A stretch of 64,000 nucleotides of DNA, from assembly GCA_958296105.1 (NCBI GenBank), contig OY282441.1, forward strand, positions 1,813,800-1,877,799. Reading direction: 5' to 3'. Shown here in pieces: positions 53,364 to 63,341 of the stretch (the first letter of the stretch is position 1; each line of letters starts with the position of its first letter). This DNA comes from an uncultured Dehalococcoidia bacterium. Lineage in GTDB: Bacteria; Chloroflexota; Dehalococcoidia; Lucifugimonadales; UBA1123. The position numbers and the translations under genes are program-made. The notes under the pieces are model-generated. The model saw nothing but the letters and a program-made list of their open reading frames with translations, was not told where the DNA came from and searched no databases.

Positions 53364-54077
53364 TCAGTGATCTACGGCGATTCTGAGACGCTTGTTGATT
53401 CTGCCCTTCGACTCGTGGCCCGTGACTCGTATCCGCCCGACCTCGCGGGTGTTGGCTACGTGCGTTCCGCCGTCCGCCTGAAGGTCGAGGCCGCGAATGT
53501 CTATGGTGCGCACCTCGCTTATCTGCGGCGGAAGCAGATTGATCTTGGTGCGGATGAGATCCGGTATCCGGAACGCCTCCTCACGCGGCAGGATGCCCAC
53601 GACCACGTCGCGCTCTGCGGCGACCTCGGCGTTGATCAGCTCTTCCACGCGCTCGGCGAAGTCTGCGGACATGCTCTCCAGCTCGAAGTCCATCCTCGCC
53701 CTGAGCGGCTCCATGTTGCCGCCCGTGACCTGCGCGCCGTAGTCGCGCCAGACCACCCCGCAGAGTATGTGCAGCGCGGTATGGGTTCGCATGAGCTGGT
53801 AGCGGCGCTCCCAGTCTATAGACCCTCGCACGCACGCGCCGACTTCGGGGCGCTCCCCGCCCTCGATTTCGTGGACGTACTGGCCCGAGGCGCGGCGCAC
53901 GCGCTTGACGGTGTATTCGTCCGAGCCGTCGGACAGCGTCCCCGAGTCGGGCGGCTGCCCACCGCCGCCGGGATAGAACGCCGTGCGGTCGAGGACGACG
54001 CCGCGCCCGACCACCGCCGCTATGGTGGCGTCGAAGGTCTTCAGATAGCTGTCTTCGTAGCAGAGTATATCGGTCAA
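53364..54077 (-). CDS. Alanyl-tRNA editing protein (AlaX-M-like; tRNA_SAD)
   Basis: TAFYPGGGGQPPDSG. Zinc motifs HTALHIL and DGGTHV. Confidence 0.8.
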   Translation of the reverse strand: MTDILCYEDSYLKTFDATIAAVVGRGVVLDRTAFYPGGGGQPPDSGTLSDGSDEYTVKRVRRASGQYVHEIEGGERPEVGACVRGSIDWERRYQLMRTHTALHILCGVVWRDYGAQVTGGNMEPLRARMDFELESMSADFAERVEELINAEVAAERDVVVGILPREEAFRIPDLIRTKINLLPPQISEVRTIDIRGLDLQADGGTHVANTREVGRIRVTGHESKGRINKRLRIAVDH

Positions 54078-54141
54078 CTGGGATTTCCTAAGTCTGGGGG
54101 TTGGCTGCCCCTGTAGCGGGACGGTGAATACGTCGAGCGCT

Positions 54142-55320
54142 CTACCCGTGCGGCGCCTCGTTCGTGAATATCAGGCTTCCCGCCGCCATGAACATGCCGC
54201 CCACCCCTTGGCAGAAGGACGTCCTGACGCCCTCGACCTGATGGGCGGCTTCGCCTCTCACCTGTCGCACGGACTCCTGCATGGCGAACATGCCGTACAT
54301 GCCGGTGTGCGTGTAGGACAGGCCGCCGCCGTTGGTGTTCAGCGGCAGCCTGCCGCCCGGTGACGTATTGCCCTCCTCGATGAACGCCCCTGCCTCGCCG
54401 CGCCCTACGAAGCCGAGATCTTCCAGCCCGTATATCGGCAGGTGGACGAAGGCATCGTATATCTGGACGTGATCTATGTCCGCATGAGTGACTCCGGCTT
54501 CGGCGAACGCCTTCGAGCTGGAAGCCTTGAACGCGGCTGAGCTGGTCATGTCGTACATCTGGCTGACTACAGGCGTCTCCACAGCCTCGCCGCTGCCGAG
54601 TATATAGACCGGCTTGGTCGGGTAGTCGTCAACGCGCTCGGCGCTGGTGAGGATGAACGCGCCGCCGCCGTCCGTGACGGGGCAGCACATGAACAGGCGA
54701 TACGGGTAGCAGATCATGCGGCTGGCCAGCACCTCTTCGACGGTGACGAGCTGGCGGAACATGGCGCGCGGCACCTTGCTGGACCATCTGCGCTGCGCAA
54801 CCGCGACCGATGCGAGCTGCTCGATGGTCGTACCCGTCTCCTTCATGTACCTCAGCACGCCCATTCCGAACAGCGTGGTTGGTCCGAGCGGCCCGTAGAT
54901 AGACTCGAACTGGCCCGGGTAGGATACGTCGTAGCTCGGTCCTGAAGGTCCCGCTGCCGTTCCGATGCGCGGCGCGCTCACCCCGACCCTCGAACGACCG
55001 CTCTGACCCATGCAGCACAGCACCGTCGTTGCGAGTCCGGACGCTATGGCGGCGGCGGCGTGGCGCATGTGGATCAGGAAGGACGTGCCGCCTACGGATG
55101 TGTTGTCCACCCAGTCCGGAACGATGCCGAGGTAGTGCGCGAGCGTGGCGGGATTCATGGTGGCGGATATGCCGTCTATCTGGCTTGCGTCTATCCCGGC
55201 GTCGCGCATGGCGTTGATCGCGGCGTCGACGTGAAGCTGGGTCTCGGACATGTCGGGAATCACGCCGAGCTGGCTGGTCTCGGCCGCTCCGACGATGGCG
55301 GTCTTGTAGCGCAGTGACAT
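54142..55320 (-). CDS. Thiolase-fold protein (SCP-x / lipid-transfer-type)
   Basis: 392 aa. C-terminal NTNGGGLSYTHTGMYGMF. Paired with an upstream DUF35 gene, as is typical. Confidence 0.8.
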   Translation of the reverse strand: MSLRYKTAIVGAAETSQLGVIPDMSETQLHVDAAINAMRDAGIDASQIDGISATMNPATLAHYLGIVPDWVDNTSVGGTSFLIHMRHAAAAIASGLATTVLCCMGQSGRSRVGVSAPRIGTAAGPSGPSYDVSYPGQFESIYGPLGPTTLFGMGVLRYMKETGTTIEQLASVAVAQRRWSSKVPRAMFRQLVTVEEVLASRMICYPYRLFMCCPVTDGGGAFILTSAERVDDYPTKPVYILGSGEAVETPVVSQMYDMTSSAAFKASSSKAFAEAGVTHADIDHVQIYDAFVHLPIYGLEDLGFVGRGEAGAFIEEGNTSPGGRLPLNTNGGGLSYTHTGMYGMFAMQESVRQVRGEAAHQVEGVRTSFCQGVGGMFMAAGSLIFTNEAPHG

Positions 55321-55398
55321 TTTCGTAAAGCTCCTTGAGCGATCTTCCCTCGCCGTGAACGGGATGCCGTTCGGCGCGGAATGGAACGGGGCTGGCCG

Positions 55399-55821
55399 CT
55401 AGGCAGGCTCCCAGTTGGGGATGGCGATGTCGTCGGTCGCGTCCGTGAAGGTGACTTTCAGCGGCATGTCCAGCGCGAGGTTCTCCGGCGTGTTTTCGAT
55501 GCCTACGATGTTTCCCATCATCCTGGGCCCTTCCTCCAGCTGGATGACTGCAATCGCGTAGGGTGCGTCCGCTTCGAATCCGGGCGCGGGGCGGTGATTG
55601 ATCATGTAGGTGTAGAGCGTCCCCCGACCCGACGCGCGGAACCACTCGATCCTGTCCGACATGCAGCCGGGATCCGGGCAGTGCAGTCTGGGGTAGAAGA
55701 AAGGCTCGCCGCAGTCTATACACCGCTGTATCCACAGCTCGTGCTGCCCCGCCTTGCGCCAGAAGAACTCGGTCTCCGGCGAAGGGTGCGGAATCGGCTT
55801 TCGGTACTCCTGCTCGGTCAT
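55399..55821 (-). CDS. DUF35 Zn-ribbon/OB-fold protein
   Basis: FFWRKAGQHELWIQRCIDCGEPFFYPRLHCPDPGC...GTLYTYMINH. Confidence 0.8.
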   Translation of the reverse strand: MTEQEYRKPIPHPSPETEFFWRKAGQHELWIQRCIDCGEPFFYPRLHCPDPGCMSDRIEWFRASGRGTLYTYMINHRPAPGFEADAPYAIAVIQLEEGPRMMGNIVGIENTPENLALDMPLKVTFTDATDDIAIPNWEPA

Positions 55822-55976
55822 GGTAGCGGGCCTCCTGATGAACTCGTTCCGGGTGCAGAGTCATTGTATTGAAGCGCGGAGGAGACGGCAACGCAGCGAA
55901 GGCTATCGACACTCGCGCCACATCGACACGCTCCGCGTGACGGCCCCGATGCGAGGCTTTGGGGAACTGTCCCTCG

Positions 55977-57515
55977 CTACGCCAGCTCCCAGTCGCGCAG
56001 CACTGCATGGGCGGCGTTGTGTCCCGGCGCGCCGGTGACTTCGCCGCCGGGGTGGGTTCCAGCCCCGCACAGGTACAGCCCATCGACCGGAGTTCGGTAG
56101 CCGGACATGAGCATACTGGGCCTGTTGGCGAACATCTGCGCTGAGGTGATGTCGAGATGGCGGATGTTGCCGTCCGTCAGACCCACGCGCTCCTCCAGAT
56201 CCTGCGGCGTGAACAGCTCCCAGTCGCGCACCGACTTTCGGAATCCGGGCGCGTACTCCTCTATCGTGTCTATCATCCGCTCGCCGGTCTGCTCGCGCAG
56301 ATCGTCCCACGCGCCCACGCGCGGCTTTACCGGAGCGTACAGCGCCCAGATGGACATTACGTGCTTTCCCTCGGGCGTGAGCGACTTGTCCAAGACAGAG
56401 GGTATCTGGATGTGCATTACGGGGGAGGACGAGGGCAGACCCGCGCGCGCCTCGTCCGCGCTCTGCTGGAAGTATTCGACGGATGGGCAGATGCGCACCT
56501 GCACGAGGAGGTTTTCGTCGTAGCGCGCGCCCAGATAGCCGCTGAAGTCTGGCAGCTCGTCCAGCGCGGCGTGGAACTTCAGGTACGATACGTCTGTCTT
56601 GAGCCTGCGGACTCCGCGCGCCAGATCGGGCGCAAGCTGCTTCTCGTCCACGAGAGACAGGAACGTGCGCTTGGGATCGGCGTTGGATAGAACTACGTCC
56701 GCCTCTACGATCTCTCCGTCAGCGAGCCGGACGCCGACGGCGCGGCCGTCGCGGACGACTATCCTGTCCACGGGCGAGTTCGTGCGTATCTCTACGCCCA
56801 GCGACTCGGCGGCGCGAGCCATTGCCTGCGTGATGCCGCCCATGCCGCCGCTTGGGATGCCCATGTCGCGCGGCTCGGTGAACAGGTCGGTGTCCGTGTA
56901 TGCAACGGACATGATGGAGCCGGGCGCGCGCGGGTCGCCTGCGTCTTGGGCGTCTATGAACACCGCGCGGGCTTCCGCAGACTGAAAATGCTCCTCCACG
57001 AGGTCGCGCATGTTTCCGGTGAGCATCCTCTCCCACACCGCTTCGTTCGAGGTTCCGCGAACGTCCTCCGTCACCTGCGCCAGAGTCGGGGGATCCTCTA
57101 GGAAGTAGCGGTGCAGGATGCCGGCCGCGCGCGCCATGAAGTCCTGATAGCGGTGGTAGCCGTCCAGGTCCTCGGGGGCGAGCCGCGCGATCTCCTCTGC
57201 GTTGTTGGCTTCGTCGTGCCAGCGCAGCATGTACTCGCCGCTCGGAAATGGCTGGAAGCGGTACGGATCGACCGGGTGGATGTGGAGGCCGTGCTTCCGA
57301 AGCTCCAGATCTTCGATTACCTTCGATTGGAGCATGTGGCATATATAGGAACACGAGGAGACGCGGAAATCGGGGAACAGCTCCTCCGTAATACATGCCC
57401 CGCCCACAAAGTCGCGACGCTCCAGCGCCAGCACCCTCGCGCCGGCCCTGGCGAGATAGTTCGCCGTAACCAGTCCGTTGTGTCCCGCTCCCACGATGAT
57501 AGCCGAGTATGTCAA
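55977..57515 (-). CDS. Phytoene-desaturase-family (CrtI-like) FAD oxidoreductase
   Basis: IIVGAGHNGLVTANYLARAGARVLALERRDFVGGA. C-terminal GLYLCGAGTHPGGEVTGAPG. Confidence 0.8.
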   Translation of the reverse strand: MTYSAIIVGAGHNGLVTANYLARAGARVLALERRDFVGGACITEELFPDFRVSSCSYICHMLQSKVIEDLELRKHGLHIHPVDPYRFQPFPSGEYMLRWHDEANNAEEIARLAPEDLDGYHRYQDFMARAAGILHRYFLEDPPTLAQVTEDVRGTSNEAVWERMLTGNMRDLVEEHFQSAEARAVFIDAQDAGDPRAPGSIMSVAYTDTDLFTEPRDMGIPSGGMGGITQAMARAAESLGVEIRTNSPVDRIVVRDGRAVGVRLADGEIVEADVVLSNADPKRTFLSLVDEKQLAPDLARGVRRLKTDVSYLKFHAALDELPDFSGYLGARYDENLLVQVRICPSVEYFQQSADEARAGLPSSSPVMHIQIPSVLDKSLTPEGKHVMSIWALYAPVKPRVGAWDDLREQTGERMIDTIEEYAPGFRKSVRDWELFTPQDLEERVGLTDGNIRHLDITSAQMFANRPSMLMSGYRTPVDGLYLCGAGTHPGGEVTGAPGHNAAHAVLRDWELA

Positions 57516-57545
57516 TGTACGAACTCCGATTCACATGTTGGTTCA

Positions 57546-57653
57546 ACTGTCATGGTAACAGCGCAGGGCTGACAGTGGGAATGGCGGCGCGAGGATGCCG
57601 CCCATCCGCTCGATTCGACTGTCATGGTAACAGCGCAGGGCTGACAGTGGGAA
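57546..57653. repeat. Two copies of a 36-bp element ACTGTCATGGTAACAGCGCAGGGCTGACAGTGGGAA (each an internal 7-bp-stem hairpin) flanking a GC hairpin
   Basis: Copies at 57546-57581 and 57618-57653. The central GGCGGC-N8-GCCGCC hairpin is at about 57583-57602. Intergenic. Confidence 0.8.
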
Positions 57654-57674
57654 ATGTAGAGTCGTCCGCCCCAG

Positions 57675-59006
57675 TCAGCCATCGCTCTGTCGACCGCCGA
57701 TCACTGCCTCCCGCCTCACCGGCGCTTTCGCCATGAAGACCAGCGCCATGGACACCAGCGCGGCGGCGGAAAATGCGAAGAATGCGTAGGTGTAGCTGCC
57801 CGTAGTGTCGTAGGCGTAGCCGCTTATGATCGGACCCGCTATTATCCCGCCCATCTGAACGCTCGATCTGAACCCTTGTATAGTGGCATACGAGCGCCGC
57901 CCGAAGTAGTCGGCTATCAGCGACTGCGGTATGACCGATGTCCCGCCCTGCGATGCCGCGAACGCCACCAGTACCGGGATGACCGCGCTCACGCTCGGCG
58001 CGCGCGCCATGAACACTATCGAGACTGCCATCACCAGCAGCGACACGACCATGACGTAGCGCTTGTTCACGAAGTCGCCGAGCGCGCTCAGCCCGAAGCG
58101 CCCCGGAATGCTCATCACCCCCACCGACCCCGCCAGCGCAGCCGCGCCCACAGGGGACGCCCCAAGCCCAACGAAGAACGGCACCAGATGCAGCCCTATC
58201 CCGCCGCTCACCAGAGACCTGACCATGATGGACATGGTGAGGAACCAGAAGCTCGAAGTCCTCAGCGCCTCGCGCGCCGTGAAGTCGTCCGAGAAGTCCG
58301 GCATGATCGGCGGTCTGGCGCGTCCCGATCCCGCGCTCGCCGTCGGCGCGCGCCCGTCCGGGTAGTAGCCGTACTGCTCCGGGCGGTGGCGCATGACCGC
58401 CGCGACCGGCAGACCGAGCGCCACGATGAACACGCCAACCGCCACCGCCGCCGGACGCCAGCCGTATGTCTCCACCAGCCATCCGAGCGCAGGCACGAAC
58501 AGGCCGCCGAATCCCACGCCAGACCACATTATGCCGAAGGCGAGGCCGCGCCTGCGGCTGAACCAGTTGGCGACGGCGGCGGTGATCGGCGTACTCATGC
58601 CCAAGCTGTTGCCGAGCGCGATCATAAACACGTAGACGAAGAAGAACGCGAGCAGGCCATCTATGCGGCTCATGGCGATGTAGCCCAGACCCATCAGCGG
58701 GATGCCCACCGCGATCAGCCTGCGCGGACCGACCCGATCCACCGCCCAGCCCTCCGCCGGCCCGATCAGCCCGGACTCCAGCCGCGCCACGCTGAAGACT
58801 ATGGAGATGGTCGTTCGGCTCCAGCCGAACTCGTCTCCGAGCGGGATGATGAAGTTGCCGAAGCCGTGGAAGTTGATGCCAGACGCTATCGACATGGCGA
58901 TGCCGCCGGCGACGACTATCCACCAGCCGTAGAACACGCGGGGGCTGGCGAGATTAACTGCCTTCAGTCTTTGGGAACCTCTCCACCCGTCGCGCTCCCG
59001 CCCCAC
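57675..59006 (-). CDS. MFS transporter (oxalate/formate-antiporter-like)
   Basis: 12 hydrophobic segments. GWAVDRVGPRRL loop motif. Confidence 0.8.
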   Translation of the reverse strand: MGRERDGWRGSQRLKAVNLASPRVFYGWWIVVAGGIAMSIASGINFHGFGNFIIPLGDEFGWSRTTISIVFSVARLESGLIGPAEGWAVDRVGPRRLIAVGIPLMGLGYIAMSRIDGLLAFFFVYVFMIALGNSLGMSTPITAAVANWFSRRRGLAFGIMWSGVGFGGLFVPALGWLVETYGWRPAAVAVGVFIVALGLPVAAVMRHRPEQYGYYPDGRAPTASAGSGRARPPIMPDFSDDFTAREALRTSSFWFLTMSIMVRSLVSGGIGLHLVPFFVGLGASPVGAAALAGSVGVMSIPGRFGLSALGDFVNKRYVMVVSLLVMAVSIVFMARAPSVSAVIPVLVAFAASQGGTSVIPQSLIADYFGRRSYATIQGFRSSVQMGGIIAGPIISGYAYDTTGSYTYAFFAFSAAALVSMALVFMAKAPVRREAVIGGRQSDG

Positions 59007-59389
59007 GCCGCTGAACGAGGACGCTGATGACGCCTTCCTGCCCGGATTGGGTTCGCTCCACGCCGTCGAGCCGGGAGCCTATGCTCTCTCTGATATCCTC
59101 GATTTCGGACTCCAGCCTTCTATCGCCGCTCTCACGCTTGGCTTCGAGCCGCAGCATGGCTGCCCATCTTCTGAATGAGCGCGATGCCACTCCCCCGCTC
59201 CCCCACTCCGAAGATTGCGCTCGGAAGCGCTGCCAGTGAGACGGTCGACCCTATTCACTGACCCGCTTCCATGATCGCCCTCTCGCCCCTGTGTGGGTGT
59301 GGAGCTTCGGACGGCTCAGCCGAAGATCGCCCAATCGCCCGCGGCCCAATCGCCTGCGGATTGTAGCACAGCCCGAATGTCGCCGCCGC

Positions 59390-61030
59390 CTAATACCCAA
59401 TCGCCGCGCCGTCCCGTCGAGGGTCTGCGCCTCCCTGGAAGGTGCCCGATTCTTGATCTATGAGTATGCCCTGCGCGCCTCCGACAGTCGTCGAGAACGG
59501 CTCTGCCAGCTCTATGTCGTGTCCTTTCTCGGCGAGCGCGGCGCGGACGGGCGCGGGGAAGCGCTCCTCCATCACCACCCGCCGCTCCTCGAACACGCGC
59601 AGGCGCGGCGCTTCTATCGCCTCCTGAACGTTCATGCCGAAGTCGAGGACGTTCATCACGAACTGCGGCGTGGTTTGCAGTATTCCCCAGCTTCCGGGCG
59701 TGCCTAGGCTGACGTGGAAGCTGCCGTCCCTGAACGTCTGCGTGGGCGCGACGCAGAAGTCGACTCGCTTGCCGCCTTCGAGACGGTTGGGCGCGCCCTC
59801 TTCCAGATCGAACCAGTGCGCCATGTTGTTCAGGAACAGCCCCGTGTCCCCCGGCGCGACCGCCGAGCCGAAGCCGCCGCCGAGCGTCTGCGTTACGGAC
59901 ACCACGTTTCCATCCCTGTCCGCCACTGCGAAGTGCGTGGTCATGCCCCCATCGAAGGCGTCCGGACTGCCCGCCTTGATCGAGCCGGACGGGACGAGCC
60001 TGCTGAACTGCTCGCCGGACACTGTGGCGGCGCGGTCGCGGTCTATGCGCGCGCGCTGCTGCGCGGCGTACCCGTCCGAGAGCAGCGCGCCCACGGGCGC
60101 CTTCACGTATGCGGGATCGCCGCCCCACTTTATGCGGTCTGCCACCGCCAGCTTGACGCACTCGATATACAGGTGGAGCGTTTCAGGGTGCTGGAAGATC
60201 AGATCCGCGCCCTCGAACCCCTCCATCATCTTGAGCGTCTCCAGCAGCTGGAATCCCGTCGAGTTGGGCGGCACGGAGAATATCTCGTATCCCCGGTAGC
60301 CTATGCCTATCGGCTCGCTCCATTCCGCATCGTAGGTGGCGAAGTCTTCTTCGGTGATCTGGCCGCCAAGCGCGCGCGCACCCTCTACGAGCCTGTTGGC
60401 CAGCGCGCCCCGGTAGAACTCGTCCTTGCCGCCTTTGGCAAGCGCCCTCAGCGACTGCGCCAGCTGCGGCTGCTTCACACGCTCGCCCGGCCTGGGCCCC
60501 CTGCCGTTCTTGACGAATATGCCCGCGGACGGGAACATCGACAGCCTCGGGACGGATCTGCCTATCGACTTGGCGTTGAAGTGGGTGATCGCCGTGCCGT
60601 TCTCGGCGTAATCTATGGCAGGCTCGAACAGCCGCTCGCGCTCCAGCCTGCCGTATGTCTCGTGCAGGGTGAGCCAGCCGGCTGCGTTGCCCGGCACGAG
60701 CGCAGAGCGTATGCCCACGTCCTTGTCCCCTTCCGCGTACTCCTCCGGGTCGGCGGCTTGCGGCATCCGCCCCGAGAAGTTCAGCGCGCGCACCCTGTCC
60801 TCTGCCGCCACGTACGCGAGCGCCACGCCCACCCCGGCCGCGCCGGACATGAACGGCTCGCACACGTTCAGCGTGGAGGCGACGGCGACGGCGGCGTCGA
60901 AGGCGTTGCCACCGTCCATCATCATTCGTACCCCCGCCAGCGACGCCAGCGGATGGGCCGAAGCCGCCATCCCGTTGACGCCCACCGCCGCGGACCTGCC
61001 CGCCGGGGGAATGACTGAAAGACTGGACAT
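59390..61030 (-). CDS. Gamma-glutamyltransferase-family protein, copy 2
   Basis: ORF 59390..61072. ATG 61030 is preceded by GGAGG. AASAHPLASLAGVRMMMDGGNAFDAAVA. Nucleophile region GGMTTHFAVADRDGNVVSVTQTLGGGFGS. Confidence 0.85.
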   Translation of the reverse strand: MSSLSVIPPAGRSAAVGVNGMAASAHPLASLAGVRMMMDGGNAFDAAVAVASTLNVCEPFMSGAAGVGVALAYVAAEDRVRALNFSGRMPQAADPEEYAEGDKDVGIRSALVPGNAAGWLTLHETYGRLERERLFEPAIDYAENGTAITHFNAKSIGRSVPRLSMFPSAGIFVKNGRGPRPGERVKQPQLAQSLRALAKGGKDEFYRGALANRLVEGARALGGQITEEDFATYDAEWSEPIGIGYRGYEIFSVPPNSTGFQLLETLKMMEGFEGADLIFQHPETLHLYIECVKLAVADRIKWGGDPAYVKAPVGALLSDGYAAQQRARIDRDRAATVSGEQFSRLVPSGSIKAGSPDAFDGGMTTHFAVADRDGNVVSVTQTLGGGFGSAVAPGDTGLFLNNMAHWFDLEEGAPNRLEGGKRVDFCVAPTQTFRDGSFHVSLGTPGSWGILQTTPQFVMNVLDFGMNVQEAIEAPRLRVFEERRVVMEERFPAPVRAALAEKGHDIELAEPFSTTVGGAQGILIDQESGTFQGGADPRRDGAAIGY

Positions 61031-61304
61031 GATCGACCCTCCTCGGAAGCTGATTCTCGAACCCGCATCCAACGCTATAATCCGCCCTGAGCGATGTCAA
61101 GCGCGCGTCTCTCGGAAGCGCCCATCTTCGCAGGGTAAGATATGGTTGCTGGCAGAAGCGCGCGCCGCGTTCGGCTGAGCGCAGCCCCAGACTGCCTTCG
61201 CGCAGCGCGCATCCTTCTTTTGATCTGTGTTAAATTCATTCTGCGCCCTGCCGCGATGAAGTGAGGCCGAAGGGCGGCGGAGCGGTTCCACTAGGAGAAT
61301 TCAG

Positions 61305-62360
61305 ATGACTGACAAGCGTATCGTGATCATGGGCGCGGGAGCGGCGGGGAGTTACTTGGGCGCGTACATGACCAGAGAGGGCTATGACGTGACCCTTGTG
61401 GACATGTGGGGCGAGCATGTGGAGAAGATGCGCGCCGACGGACTGCGCGCGTCCGGCACGCAGGACGACTTCACCATCCCCGTCAGCGCCCACCACCTTT
61501 CGGACGCCATGCAGCTGACGGGCGGATTCGACATCGGCTTCCTGGCGATGAAGAGCTACGATACCGAGTGGGCGGCGCACTTCCTGAAGAGGCTCGTCCG
61601 CGCCGACGGCGTGATCGTATCGTCCCAGAACTGCATGAACGACCGCCTCGTGGCGTCCATCGTGGGCTACGAGCGCGCCGTGGGCTGCATCATGTCCAGC
61701 ATAACGGTTGCGCTGTGGCAGCCGGGACACGTCACGCGCGGCGGCGCTCCGGGTCGCGGACGCGGCCACGTGGTGTTCCGCGTGGGCGAGCTGCACGGAC
61801 GCATCACCCCCAGAGTGGAGGAGCTGGCGGACATCCTGATGTGCGTGGACGACGCCAAAGCCACCTCCAACCTGTGGGGCGAGCGCTGGTCGAAGCTGAC
61901 GACCAACTCCTCCGGCAACCCGGTTGGCGCGATGACCGGCCTCGGCTCCGAGGGCGTGGCTTCAATGCCCGAGGCTCGGCGCGTCCAGATCGAGATATGC
62001 AAAGAGTCCTGTCAGGTGGCGCTGGCGCAGAGCTACGAGGTCGAGCCGATCCGAGGCGTCTCCGCCGAGACATACGCGCGCGCCGATGACGGCGAGGTGT
62101 ACGAGGATCTGGACGCGAAGTTCCAGCCCAGCGGAGGCGGCGCGGATTGGAAGTCGTCCATGGGCCAGGACGTGGAGAAGGGACGGCGCACGGAGATCGA
62201 GTTTATGAACGGATACATCGTGGACGAGGGGCGCAGAGTCGGCGTTCCGACGCCGGTCAACGCCGCCATCGTGCAGGTGGTGAGGGAGGTCGAATCCGGA
62301 GAGCGAGCGCCCGGCCCTGACAACGTCCGTCGCGTGCTGACACTGGCCGGCCTTGCATGA
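61305..62360 (+). CDS. panE: 2-dehydropantoate 2-reductase-family (ApbA/PanE) oxidoreductase
   Basis: IVIMGAGAAGSYLG Rossmann motif. C-terminal SMGQDVEKGRRTEIEFMNGYIV is typical of the KPR family. Confidence 0.8.
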   Translation: MTDKRIVIMGAGAAGSYLGAYMTREGYDVTLVDMWGEHVEKMRADGLRASGTQDDFTIPVSAHHLSDAMQLTGGFDIGFLAMKSYDTEWAAHFLKRLVRADGVIVSSQNCMNDRLVASIVGYERAVGCIMSSITVALWQPGHVTRGGAPGRGRGHVVFRVGELHGRITPRVEELADILMCVDDAKATSNLWGERWSKLTTNSSGNPVGAMTGLGSEGVASMPEARRVQIEICKESCQVALAQSYEVEPIRGVSAETYARADDGEVYEDLDAKFQPSGGGADWKSSMGQDVEKGRRTEIEFMNGYIVDEGRRVGVPTPVNAAIVQVVREVESGERAPGPDNVRRVLTLAGLA

Positions 62361-62974
62361 GCGAGCTGCGAGAGCTTCTTCACGATCTGACCGAGTGGAC
62401 GCTGGCGCTCGCCGACAGCGATTGGGCAGTAGCGTTGCTGGCGCTGGTCGCCTTCAGCGAGTCGGTGGTGTTCCCCATACCCCCGGACCCGTTGCTGATG
62501 GCGGTGGGAATCGCCAACCCGGGGCTGGCGATATGGGTGGCGGCGTTGGTGACAGTCGCCTCGGTGTGCGGCGCATACGTGGGCCATGCTCTGGGCAGGC
62601 GTGTTGGAAGACCGTTGCTGTACAGACTCGTGTCGAGCGAAAAGGTCGACCGCGCCGAGGCCTTGTTCGCCAAGTACGGCGCTTGGGCGATACTGGTGGC
62701 AGCGTTCACCCCCATTCCGTATAAGGTATTCACCATCTTGGCGGGAATCCTGAATCTGCCGCTCAGGACGTTCCTTCTAGCCTCGCTTGCAGGCAGAGGC
62801 GCGCGATTCGTCACCATCGGCGTTCTCATCTACATCTTCGGCGAGTCGATCCGAGACTTCATCGAGGGCAACTTCGAGCTGTTGACCATAGCCGCCGGCG
62901 TGGTCGTGATCGCGCTGTTGGTGGGTTATCTGGTATATAGACGAACGCAGACGTCGCGGATATCTGCCACCTGA
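62357..62974 (+). CDS. DedA/YqaA-family (SNARE-associated) membrane protein
   Basis: FSESVVFPIPPDPLLMAVG. TPIPYKVFTILAGIL. ATGA overlap with panE. Confidence 0.8.
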   Translation: MSELRELLHDLTEWTLALADSDWAVALLALVAFSESVVFPIPPDPLLMAVGIANPGLAIWVAALVTVASVCGAYVGHALGRRVGRPLLYRLVSSEKVDRAEALFAKYGAWAILVAAFTPIPYKVFTILAGILNLPLRTFLLASLAGRGARFVTIGVLIYIFGESIRDFIEGNFELLTIAAGVVVIALLVGYLVYRRTQTSRISAT

Positions 62975-63340
62975 GTTGTGGTAATCGAATGTACGAGCCA
63001 GAGCCAAGACTTCATCGAGGTCAACTTTCGAGCTGCTGACCATAGCCGTCGGCGTCGGCGTGGTCGTATTCGCGCTGTTGGCGGGTTATCTGGCGTATAG
63101 ACGAACGCGGACGTCTGCCACCTGAGTTGTGGTAATCGGATGTACGAACCAGAGCCAAGACTTCATCGAGGTCAGCTTCGAGCCGTTGATCATAGCCGTC
63201 AGCGTGTTCGTGTTCGCGCTGTTGGTGGGTTATCTGGCGTATAGACGAACGCGGATGTCGCGGCTGCCTGCCACCTGAGCCATGTGAAGCGGATGGATGA
63301 ACCAGAACCAAGTATAGACGAACTCGGATGTCTGCTACAG
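62855..63340 (+). repeat. Tandem ~152-bp triplication (plus a truncated fourth copy) of the DedA gene 3' end and its trailer
   Basis: Units start at 62855, 63008 and 63159. Each encodes DFIE(G/V).FE.L.IA....V.ALL.GYL.YRRT...AT followed by a stop. Confidence 0.85.
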
Positions 63341-63341
63341 A

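Noticed and set aside
58954-59190. 78-aa coiled-coil-looking ORF (minus strand) overlapping the MFS gene start by ~50 nt.
   Set aside because: No recognisable family or convincing RBS, and it overlaps the transporter start. It could be real, but the sequence alone does not support it.
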